This document shows positions 1 through 7,757 of a stretch of DNA of 64,000 bases, piece by piece (the stretch's first letter is position 1; each line of letters opens with the position of its first letter). The stretch lies in NCBI GenBank assembly GCA_934149515.1, contig CAKPFD010000005.1, forward strand, positions 696 through 64,695, in the 5' to 3' direction. A program made the translations under genes and the position numbers. This DNA comes from an uncultured Bacilli bacterium (GTDB lineage Bacteria; Bacillota_I; Bacilli_A; RF39; UBA660). Under the pieces are notes generated by a model that was not told the DNA's origin, did no database searches, and was given only the letters and a program-made list of their open reading frames with translations.

Positions 1-171
1 AAACAATTAAATAATAAAACTTTAATTGTAATAGCTCATAGACTAGAAACAATTAAAGATGTAGATAAAATATATGTTTTATCTGATGGCATTATCCAAG
101 AACAAGGAAAATATGATGAATTACTTGATAAAAACGGATATTTTACAAAATTGTATAAATCAGCAAAATAA
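1..171 (+). CDS. ABC exporter ATP-binding domain, C-terminal fragment (5' end outside window)
   Basis: Frame 1 is open from base 1 to TAA at 169-171. The translation ...LIVIAHRLETIKDVDKIYVLSDGIIQEQGKYDELLDKNGYFTKLYKSAK has the H-loop (IAHRL) and C-terminal tail typical of MsbA-type ABC ATPases. Confidence 0.75.
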   Translation, partial: KQLNNKTLIVIAHRLETIKDVDKIYVLSDGIIQEQGKYDELLDKNGYFTKLYKSAK

Positions 172-258
172 AAGTGAATATAATCTTTTGAGTCCAGGAA
201 ACTACATCATAGATTTTGATGTTGCAATAATTAATTATTAATAAATAATATAATTTTA

Positions 259-286
259 GGCGGATAAGAACAAAATCCGTCTTTTA
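259..286 (+). terminator. Intrinsic terminator after the ABC gene
   Basis: Stem ggcggat / atccgtc (one G-U pair), 9-nt loop, followed by a T run. Confidence 0.6.
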
Positions 287-358
287 TATGCTATAATTGA
301 GTAGATTTAAATCTTTAAGGAGTGATTTTATGAACGAAAATAAAACTAATATTAACTG
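287..358 (+). repeat. 72-bp direct repeat, copy 1 (decoy copy of the rbgA -10 box, RBS and first 9 codons)
   Basis: tatgctataattgagtagatttaaatctttaaggagtgattttatgaacgaaaataaaactaatattaactg matches 1283-1354 with a single mismatch. The ATG at 330 opens only a 24-codon ORF here. Confidence 0.9.
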
Positions 359-589
359 TCTGACAACAGTTTTTCCCATACTCCTTAAAAACTCCGTAAA
401 ATAAGGAAAAATAAAGGATTTGATATTACACGTTTTTTACAAAAAAAGCGTTTTTTTATGCATTTTTTAAAAATTTAAGGATTTTTATATGAATAATGCA
501 ATAAGAATTATTGAACTGATAACGACATCCCATACCTGTTTTCTAAAATAGGAAAATAGTGTATAATTATAATTGAAAGAAGTGATGAT

Positions 590-1174
590 ATGAAAGATTT
601 TATATTTATTATTGGGCCAAGTGGTGTTGGTAAAACAACATTAGCAAAAGAATTATATAAGCATTATAATGGAGTATACTTTGAACAAAATATGATACCT
701 GAATTTGGAATACCTGAGAATGTTGATGAAGGAAAGTATGAAGAAGAAAACATGTGGAATTGCTCATTAAAAATTTTAGAATATTTTTATAGTCAAGGAA
801 TAAAAAATATTATTGCTTTAGATTTTAATGATTTGAGAACAAGAGAAATTCCAACTATATTTAAAGGAAGAAATTTTATTACTTTGAAATTAATTTCAAC
901 TGACTTTGAACAAAATAAAAATCAAATGCTAGAACGTGGTGAAAATGGTTTGGTTGATTTAGAACTATTAGAAAATTCGACTAGAAAAATTATGAATAGA
1001 GATTTATTACCAAATGAAGTATTATTGGATGTTGCAAATAAATCTAAAGAAGAAGTTTTAAAAGAAGCAATTTCTTTAATAGATAGTTATCAATCATTAT
1101 TAGAATATGATTACCAAGAACCATCAAGAGAATTATTTTATTCATGGGTTCAGAGTGATGGGTTAAGAAAATAA
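590..1174 (+). CDS. P-loop NTPase / nucleotide-kinase-like protein
   Basis: 194-aa ORF with a Walker A motif GPSGVGKTT at the N-terminus. RBS-like gaaagaagtga lies upstream. The gene sits inside the segment bracketed by the 72-bp repeats. Confidence 0.6.
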   Translation: MKDFIFIIGPSGVGKTTLAKELYKHYNGVYFEQNMIPEFGIPENVDEGKYEEENMWNCSLKILEYFYSQGIKNIIALDFNDLRTREIPTIFKGRNFITLKLISTDFEQNKNQMLERGENGLVDLELLENSTRKIMNRDLLPNEVLLDVANKSKEEVLKEAISLIDSYQSLLEYDYQEPSRELFYSWVQSDGLRK

Positions 1175-1252
1175 CATTTGCCATGTGACCGGGAAAGGTA
1201 ATGATAAAAGTTTGATAACAGTTTATCCCATGCCATAAAACATATTTAAATT

Positions 1253-1283
1253 AAAGCATATGAGTTTAAAATATGCTTTTTTT
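1253..1283 (+). terminator. Intrinsic terminator of the P-loop cassette
   Basis: Perfect 9-bp stem aaagcatat / atatgcttt, 9-nt loop, T run. Confidence 0.7.
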
Positions 1284-1354
1284 ATGCTATAATTGAGTAG
1301 ATTTAAAACTTTAAGGAGTGATTTTATGAACGAAAATAAAACTAATATTAACTG
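1283..1354 (+). repeat. 72-bp direct repeat, copy 2 (functional rbgA promoter and 5' end)
   Basis: See copy 1. This copy continues in frame into full-length rbgA. Confidence 0.9.
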
Positions 1355-2189
1355 GTACCCAGGCCACATGGCTAAAGCCAAAAGAGAAATGAAAGAAAAG
1401 ATGAATTTAATTGACATCGTATATGAAGTGATCGATGCTAGAATGCCATTATCCTCAAAAATAGTAGATATCGATGAAATCATCAAAGAAAAACCAAGAA
1501 TATTATTGATGACAAAATATGATTTATGTGATCAGGTTGAAACAGATAAAATCAAGGACTATTATGAACAACAAGGATATCAAGTTATTCCACTAGATTT
1601 AGCTAAAGGAACAAATGTTAATACTATCTTTACCAAAAGTGAGATTATTTTACAACAATTAAATGAAAAAAGAGCCAACAAGGGATTGAAACCACGTAAT
1701 TTGCGAGCCTTAATTATTGGTGTACCTAACGTTGGTAAAAGTACCTTGATCAATCGCCTTGTTGGCAAAAAAGCAGTTCAAGTTGGAAATCGTCCTGGTG
1801 TAACCAAAAGTTTAGGTTGGATTCGTATTAACAAAAATATTGATTTACTAGATACCCCAGGAATTTTATGGCCTAAATTAGAAAATCAAGAACATGCTTA
1901 TACATTAGCTTTATTATCATCTATTAAAGAAGAAATTCTAAATCAACAAGACTTAGCTATTTTTGCTTTAAATAAATTACAGCTACTATATAGCGAAAAA
2001 TTAAAAAAACGTTATGATTTAACAGATGAGCAATTACAAGACCTTGAAAAAACACTACAAGCTATTGCAACAAAAAGAGGTGCTATTAAAAAAGGGAATC
2101 AAATAGATGAAGAAAAAGTCTATCAAATTATCTTACAAGACTTAAAAAACAATGCCTTTGGAGCTCTAACACTTGATAGATTATCCTAA
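1326..2189 (+). CDS. rbgA: Ribosome biogenesis GTPase A (YlqF/RbgA, circularly permuted GTPase)
   Basis: MNENKTNINWYPGHMAKA... start, then GVPNVGKSTLINRL (G1) and DTPGILWP (G3). RBS aaggagtg lies 7 nt before the ATG at 1326. The ORF-track start at 1293 has no RBS. Confidence 0.9.
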   Translation: MNENKTNINWYPGHMAKAKREMKEKMNLIDIVYEVIDARMPLSSKIVDIDEIIKEKPRILLMTKYDLCDQVETDKIKDYYEQQGYQVIPLDLAKGTNVNTIFTKSEIILQQLNEKRANKGLKPRNLRALIIGVPNVGKSTLINRLVGKKAVQVGNRPGVTKSLGWIRINKNIDLLDTPGILWPKLENQEHAYTLALLSSIKEEILNQQDLAIFALNKLQLLYSEKLKKRYDLTDEQLQDLEKTLQAIATKRGAIKKGNQIDEEKVYQIILQDLKNNAFGALTLDRLS

Positions 2190-2198
2190 CACAAAAAA

Positions 2199-2229
2199 AG
2201 AAATGTGCGTGTACACTATCCACATTTCT
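2199..2229. terminator. Bidirectional terminator between convergent rbgA and rpsT
   Basis: Stem agaaatgtg / cacatttct, flanked by an A run and a T run. Confidence 0.7.
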
Positions 2230-2233
2230 TTTT

Positions 2234-2497
2234 TTAGTCTAATTGATTAACTGCTTTAGTTAGTCTTGATTTTAAACGAGCAGCTTTGTTTTGATGAACA
2301 AGTCCACTAGTACAAGCCTTATCAACTCTTTGTAATGCAATATTTAACTTAGTAGCAGCTTCTTCTTTATTACCAGCTTTAATAGCTTTTTCGCAATTTT
2401 TGATCGCTGTTCTCATGCTAGAAGTAACAAGTGTATTAACAGTTTGCTTTTTAGCATTGCTACGAACTCTTTTCTTTGCACTTTGAATATTTGGCAT
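2234..2497 (-). CDS. rpsT: 30S ribosomal protein S20
   Basis: MPNIQSAKKRVRSNAKK... is the canonical S20 N-terminus. RBS gaggtg lies upstream of the ATG at 2497, so the GTG extension in the ORF track was rejected. Confidence 0.95.
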   Translation of the reverse strand: MPNIQSAKKRVRSNAKKQTVNTLVTSSMRTAIKNCEKAIKAGNKEEAATKLNIALQRVDKACTSGLVHQNKAARLKSRLTKAVNQLD

Positions 2498-2611
2498 ATA
2501 TTTCACCTCACTTTTGTAAACAAATCTATTCTACCAAAAAAAACACTCTTTTGCAAACATTTTTCATAGGAAATCATAATTTTGCACAAACTAAAAACGG
2601 TGAGAAACAAT

Positions 2612-3637
2612 ATGAAACACGAAATAGATTTAAGTAAATATCAAACAAGAACAGACTTGATAACTGAAACCATTAAAGAAGATACAAATGCAACAAGTTA
2701 TCACAAAGAAATCGAACAACAAAATGGAATTACCATTGAAACACTTTATTTAACTAAAGAAGCAGAAGAAATTCTTCACAAAAAAGAAGGCATCTATAAA
2801 ACAATTTTTTTTGAAGATGTTACCGATGAGACTAATCAAAACAACGTTCAACAAGCCTTTGAAAAAGCCATACAAGACATATTACAAAAAGAAAAAATCA
2901 AAAGTGATGCAACTTGCCTAGTAATAGGACTTGGTAATCGCAAAGCAACACCAGATGCTTTAGGTCCCCTTACAGTAGATCAAATAACTATTACAAGACA
3001 TCTTTATACCTTAGGTTTAGCAGATGAAACATATCGAAATGTAGCAGCGATTGCTCCTGGTGTAATGGGTACAACAGGTATCGAAACAAAAGACATCATA
3101 CTAGGGCTACTACAACAGATAAAGCCAGACTTTTTAATTGCCATTGATGCTTTAGCAGCAGGATCCATCGCAAGAATCCATAAAACCATTCAAATCACAA
3201 ACACTGGAATTCACCCAGGAAGTGGTATTGGTAATAATCGCCAAGAACTAAGTAAAGATACCATTCATATTCCTGTCATTGCCATTGGAATTCCAACAGT
3301 AGTAGATGCTGTAACCATTGTTAGTAATACCATTAGCTATCTATTTGAACATCTAACTTATGAAAAAGAACATCAAAACGATGCTACTTTAAAATTTATC
3401 ACACCATACCAGCAAAAAAAACATCCGCAAAAAGATAATTTAACTCAAGAAGAAAAAGAAAAAGTACTAGGACAAGTCGGTATGTTAGATGAAACTACTA
3501 CCAAACAATTAATTGCAGAAGTCTTAATGCCATTAGGATATAATCTCATAGTAACTCCCAAAGAAATTGATTTATTAATCGATAAACTATCCCAACTTTT
3601 AGCAAAAGGCTTAAATAAAACACTTCATCAACACTAA
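2612..3637 (+). CDS. gpr: Germination protease (spore endopeptidase GPR, peptidase A25)
   Basis: MKHEIDLSKYQTRTDLITE... start, then GLGNRKATPDALGP and IAIDALAA motifs. The position after rpsT matches Bacillus. Confidence 0.9.
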   Translation: MKHEIDLSKYQTRTDLITETIKEDTNATSYHKEIEQQNGITIETLYLTKEAEEILHKKEGIYKTIFFEDVTDETNQNNVQQAFEKAIQDILQKEKIKSDATCLVIGLGNRKATPDALGPLTVDQITITRHLYTLGLADETYRNVAAIAPGVMGTTGIETKDIILGLLQQIKPDFLIAIDALAAGSIARIHKTIQITNTGIHPGSGIGNNRQELSKDTIHIPVIAIGIPTVVDAVTIVSNTISYLFEHLTYEKEHQNDATLKFITPYQQKKHPQKDNLTQEEKEKVLGQVGMLDETTTKQLIAEVLMPLGYNLIVTPKEIDLLIDKLSQLLAKGLNKTLHQH

Positions 3638-3695
3638 TTCGACAGGATAAATCATTTCCTTATGTTATTTTATAGAAAAAGGAGAAGAAAATAAG

Positions 3696-4661
3696 ATGAA
3701 GAAACGATTTATAGCCAAAAAAAAGATCAAAAAACATCATTTTAAACAATATTGTCTTATTTTTTGTCTAATAGCTTCTTGTTTTTTGACTATTCGCCTT
3801 TTAGCACACTTTACTTTAAACACTTCTCAAGTTGATTTTCTTACCTTTTTACTAGAAAACCAAAATGCTTTTATGAAAAATACCCGTTCTAATTATAGCT
3901 ATTTTCATCAAGCCATCGCATCCATTATCGAATTTGATATCACCGATCCGCTACATGCCTTAAAAATGACAACTTCTAAAAAAACAAGCAGTGATGGAAC
4001 CGAAGATTCTACCAAACCAATTACCAAAATTGAATCTAAAGAAGTCACAAATCCAACAATTTATCTATATAACACCCATCAAACCGAAGAATACAAAGCT
4101 ACCTCCTTTGCCGAATATAATGTTCAACCAAATGTCATGATGATAGATTATATCTTAAAAGAACAATTATCGAAAAAAAACTACCAAGTCTTCATTGAAG
4201 AAGAAAATGTTGCCAAGAAAAGAAGCGAACTAGGCTTAAATTATGCCGGAAGTTATCAAGTAACAAGAAAATTAATGGAACAAGCCAAGAAAAACTATCC
4301 AAGCCTAAATTACTTTATTGATCTACATCGAGACTCTATTTCCAAAAACAAAACAACCATTACCTACCAAGACACAACCTATGCTTCCATTTTATTTATC
4401 GTAGGACTAGAAAATGAATCCTATCAAGAAAACCTAGACTTTACAACCAAAATTCATCAACGACTAAATCAAAAAATAAATGGTCTTAGTAAAGGAATTT
4501 ATAAAAAAGAAGGACCAGGTGTCAACGGAGTATATAACCAAGACTTTTCCAACAGAACCATTTTAATAGAACTAGGAGGAATGGAAAATACGATTGATGA
4601 AGTATATCGAACTACAATTTTGTTAAGTGAAGTATTAGATGAGGTGATCCAAAATGACTAA
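3696..4661 (+). CDS. spoIIP: Stage II sporulation protein P (SpoIIP amidase family)
   Basis: N-terminal TM segment, then IYLYNTHQTEEY, IDLHRDS and ILIELGG motifs. It lies downstream of gpr as in Bacillus. Confidence 0.85.
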   Translation: MKKRFIAKKKIKKHHFKQYCLIFCLIASCFLTIRLLAHFTLNTSQVDFLTFLLENQNAFMKNTRSNYSYFHQAIASIIEFDITDPLHALKMTTSKKTSSDGTEDSTKPITKIESKEVTNPTIYLYNTHQTEEYKATSFAEYNVQPNVMMIDYILKEQLSKKNYQVFIEEENVAKKRSELGLNYAGSYQVTRKLMEQAKKNYPSLNYFIDLHRDSISKNKTTITYQDTTYASILFIVGLENESYQENLDFTTKIHQRLNQKINGLSKGIYKKEGPGVNGVYNQDFSNRTILIELGGMENTIDEVYRTTILLSEVLDEVIQND

Positions 4662-4980
4662 AGATTCTATTGCAAGAGTTGTTTTCTTAATTCTTTTTTT
4701 CCTATTTATGATTTTGTATTCCATGCAAGCAGCAGGTTATAACGAATATAGTCAAAATAGAAAGAAAATGTTAACAAATACCCAACTTCAACAATTCGAA
4801 CAAGATATTCAAAATGGCAAAGATGTCAGTATAGAACAATATTTAAAAAAACAAGAAAAACAATACAATAATGCTGTCTCTAAAGCAGGACTTAGTGTCT
4901 CTTATGGTATTGAAAAAGCCTTTAATGACACAATGAATGCCTTATTTCAAATGTTAAGCGAAGCCATGGAACAAAAATAA
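4654..4980 (+). CDS. Small membrane protein in the position of Bacillus yqxA
   Basis: 108 aa with one N-terminal TM segment. The start overlaps the spoIIP stop (translational coupling). The assignment is by position only. Confidence 0.45.
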   Translation: MTKDSIARVVFLILFFLFMILYSMQAAGYNEYSQNRKKMLTNTQLQQFEQDIQNGKDVSIEQYLKKQEKQYNNAVSKAGLSVSYGIEKAFNDTMNALFQMLSEAMEQK

Positions 4981-5041
4981 TCCTTTTCAAAAACCTCACT
5001 TTGTGGTATAATATAACAGATTTTAAAAAGAGGGGATAAAA

Positions 5042-5845
5042 ATGGAATTATTACCAGATAGTTTTGAACATTTAGAAGTATTACAAGCCAAAGGAGCGAA
5101 TGGAATTCAATACTTAGATAAAGAAAAAGGGGTTTTATTAAAACGGTTTAAATCCTATGCACAACTAGAAGAAAGAGAAAAAATGCTAGATTATTTACTT
5201 CTATTTTCACCAATTAAAGGAAGTGGCTATCCAAAAGAAATTTTATCTATCAATGGAGAAACAGAAGGATATGTTAGTACTTACTTTGAAAATAGCACAC
5301 CATTTAATAAAACAAACCATTTTTGTTTTTCTGAAAAAATAAAAGCTATGAAAGATGTAACCTTTCAATTGCAAGAAGTACATAAAAGGGGAATTATCTT
5401 TCATGATATGAATAGTGCAAACCAATTAATCAATCAAAATGGTGGACATTTAGTAGATTTTGAAGATACTTATATACCAACAAGACGATATCCAGCTAGC
5501 GTCAAATATTTTCTTTACTATAAAAAGAAATATTTAAAAACCAGCATGAAACAAGATCAAATTAAACAATATATCTCTAATATTGGCTTATTATATGATA
5601 TCGATTTAGAAAGTTACTTCTACAAACGAGGAAGTCTAGAAGAATTACCACAACTAGTAAAAGAAGAACCATCTCTTGCTGCTTTCTTACAAGAAAACAT
5701 TGAAAAATTAGAAGATGAAAGTATAGATACACTTGATTATTTTACCGACTGGAAAGAAGATTTAAACGACGAACAAAAGCAAGCATACTATCGCCAAAAA
5801 CTACAAGAAAACACTATATTAAAGCCATTGATCCTTAAAAAATAA
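5042..5845 (+). CDS. Protein-kinase-fold protein (CotS / choline-kinase-like)
   Basis: HDMNSANQL (HxDxxxxN-type catalytic loop) followed by VDFEDT (DFG-like). RBS agagggg. Confidence 0.55.
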   Translation: MELLPDSFEHLEVLQAKGANGIQYLDKEKGVLLKRFKSYAQLEEREKMLDYLLLFSPIKGSGYPKEILSINGETEGYVSTYFENSTPFNKTNHFCFSEKIKAMKDVTFQLQEVHKRGIIFHDMNSANQLINQNGGHLVDFEDTYIPTRRYPASVKYFLYYKKKYLKTSMKQDQIKQYISNIGLLYDIDLESYFYKRGSLEELPQLVKEEPSLAAFLQENIEKLEDESIDTLDYFTDWKEDLNDEQKQAYYRQKLQENTILKPLILKK

Positions 5846-5893
5846 TCATTTTCTCTTCCTATATAATATGATATACTAATAGCGGTGATAGGA

Positions 5894-7693
5894 ATGACAA
5901 AACAAGAAAATATACGTAATTTTTCCATTATAGCACATATAGATCACGGAAAAAGCACCCTAGCTGATCGAATTTTAGAAAAAACAAATGCTGTATCAAA
6001 AAGAGAAATGAAAGCACAATTACTAGATAATATGGATATTGAAAGGGAACGTGGAATTACAATCAAATTGAATGCTGTGAACATTACCTATCAATATCAA
6101 AACGAACAGTATTTACTCAACTTAATCGATACCCCTGGACATGTTGATTTTAGTTATGAAGTAAGCCGTAGTCTTGCTTCTTGTGAAGGGGCATTGTTAG
6201 TAGTAGATGCTGCCCAAGGAATAGAAGCACAAACCTTAGCAAACCTATATTTAGCACTAGATAACCATTTAACCATTATTCCAGTGATTAATAAAATAGA
6301 TCTACCAAATGCTGATATTGAAAAAGTAACTGAAGAACTAGAAAACTTAGGATTCACCAAAGAAGAAATTATTTTAACAAGCGCTAAAACCGGTGTTGGC
6401 ATCGAAGACTTATTAAAAGCTATCATCGAAAGGATACCATCACCAAAAGGAAATGCTAAAGCACCATTACGTGCCCTTATTTTTGATAGTATTTTTGATT
6501 CTTATAAAGGTGTACTAACAGCAATTAGAGTAGTAGATGGCGCTATAAAAAAAGGCGATACTATCTATCTATTAGAAAGTAAAGCATCTTATGAAGTATT
6601 AGCAATTTATCTTAACACACCAAAAGAAGAAGAAACAACCATCTTACAAACTGGACAAGTAGGCTATATTTATGCATCCATTAAAAGTGTTGCCGATGTT
6701 CATGTCGGAGATACCATTACAACTTTAAAAGAAAAAGATACGATTATTCCATTACCAGGTTACAAACCAATGAAAAGTGTCGTTTATTGTGGTTTATATC
6801 CAATTGAAACAAGTAAGTTTGAAGCATTAAGAGAAGCAATTGGTAAATTACAACTAAATGATGCTGCGCTAACTTTTGAACCAGAAACCTCACTAGCTTT
6901 AGGGTTTGGTTTCCGTTGCGGTTTTTTAGGTTTGTTACACATGGAAATTACAATCGAAAGGATTGAAAGAGAATTTGGAATCGATTTAATAGGAACAACA
7001 CCATCAGTAATTTATCAAGTTTTGTTACAAGATAACACCATCTTAGAATTAGATGCACCAAACAAAATGCCAGATAAAACTAAGATCAAAGAAATCAAAG
7101 AACCATTTGTAAAAGCTCACATCTACGTACCAAAAGATTATATTGGACCCATAATGGAGTTAACAACCGATAAACGTGGCGCTTTTTTAAATATGAGTTA
7201 CCTAGATGAAAAAAGAGTTTGTCTAGACTATGAAATACCATTATCAGAAATTGTATATGACTTTTTTGATCGTCTAAAATCAATTACCAAAGGTTACGCT
7301 TCTTTCGATTATGAAATCGTCGGCTACAAACCAAGTAAATTAGTAAAATTAGATATCTTGCTAAACGGTGAATTAATCGATGCTCTAAGTGTCATCGTCC
7401 ATCAAGATATCGCTTACAAAAGAGGAAGAGAAATTGTAGAAAAACTAAAAGAAGTCATTCCACGACAACTATTTGAAGTACCAATCCAAGCAAGCATTGG
7501 TGCCAAAGTCATTGCAAGAGCAGATATCAAAGCCATGCGCAAAAACGTATTAGCAAAATGTTATGGTGGAGATATCACCAGAAAGAAAAAATTACTAGAA
7601 AAGCAAAAAGAAGGAAAGAAAAAAATGAAACAAATCGGTTCTGTATCCATTCCTCAAGAAGCTTTTTTAAGTGTACTATCCCAAGGAAAGTAA
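5894..7693 (+). CDS. lepA: Elongation factor 4 (LepA)
   Basis: [41 protein letters not shown], and a LepA-specific C-terminal region. The ATG at 5894 has ggtga 5 nt upstream. Confidence 0.95.
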   Translation: MTKQENIRNFSIIAHIDHGKSTLADRILEKTNAVSKREMKAQLLDNMDIERERGITIKLNAVNITYQYQNEQYLLNLIDTPGHVDFSYEVSRSLASCEGALLVVDAAQGIEAQTLANLYLALDNHLTIIPVINKIDLPNADIEKVTEELENLGFTKEEIILTSAKTGVGIEDLLKAIIERIPSPKGNAKAPLRALIFDSIFDSYKGVLTAIRVVDGAIKKGDTIYLLESKASYEVLAIYLNTPKEEETTILQTGQVGYIYASIKSVADVHVGDTITTLKEKDTIIPLPGYKPMKSVVYCGLYPIETSKFEALREAIGKLQLNDAALTFEPETSLALGFGFRCGFLGLLHMEITIERIEREFGIDLIGTTPSVIYQVLLQDNTILELDAPNKMPDKTKIKEIKEPFVKAHIYVPKDYIGPIMELTTDKRGAFLNMSYLDEKRVCLDYEIPLSEIVYDFFDRLKSITKGYASFDYEIVGYKPSKLVKLDILLNGELIDALSVIVHQDIAYKRGREIVEKLKEVIPRQLFEVPIQASIGAKVIARADIKAMRKNVLAKCYGGDITRKKKLLEKQKEGKKKMKQIGSVSIPQEAFLSVLSQGK

Positions 7694-7757
7694 AACATTG
7701 CTTTCTTTTTTTTATAAATTCTGTTAAAATGAATACAGTAGAAAGCGGTGTCAGTGT

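Noticed and set aside
1293-1325. Upstream extension of rbgA (MSRFKTLRSDF...).
   Set aside because: The extension covers the -10 box and the RBS, and it is part of the duplicated 72-bp non-coding leader. The ATG at 1326 has a proper RBS and gives the canonical N-terminus.
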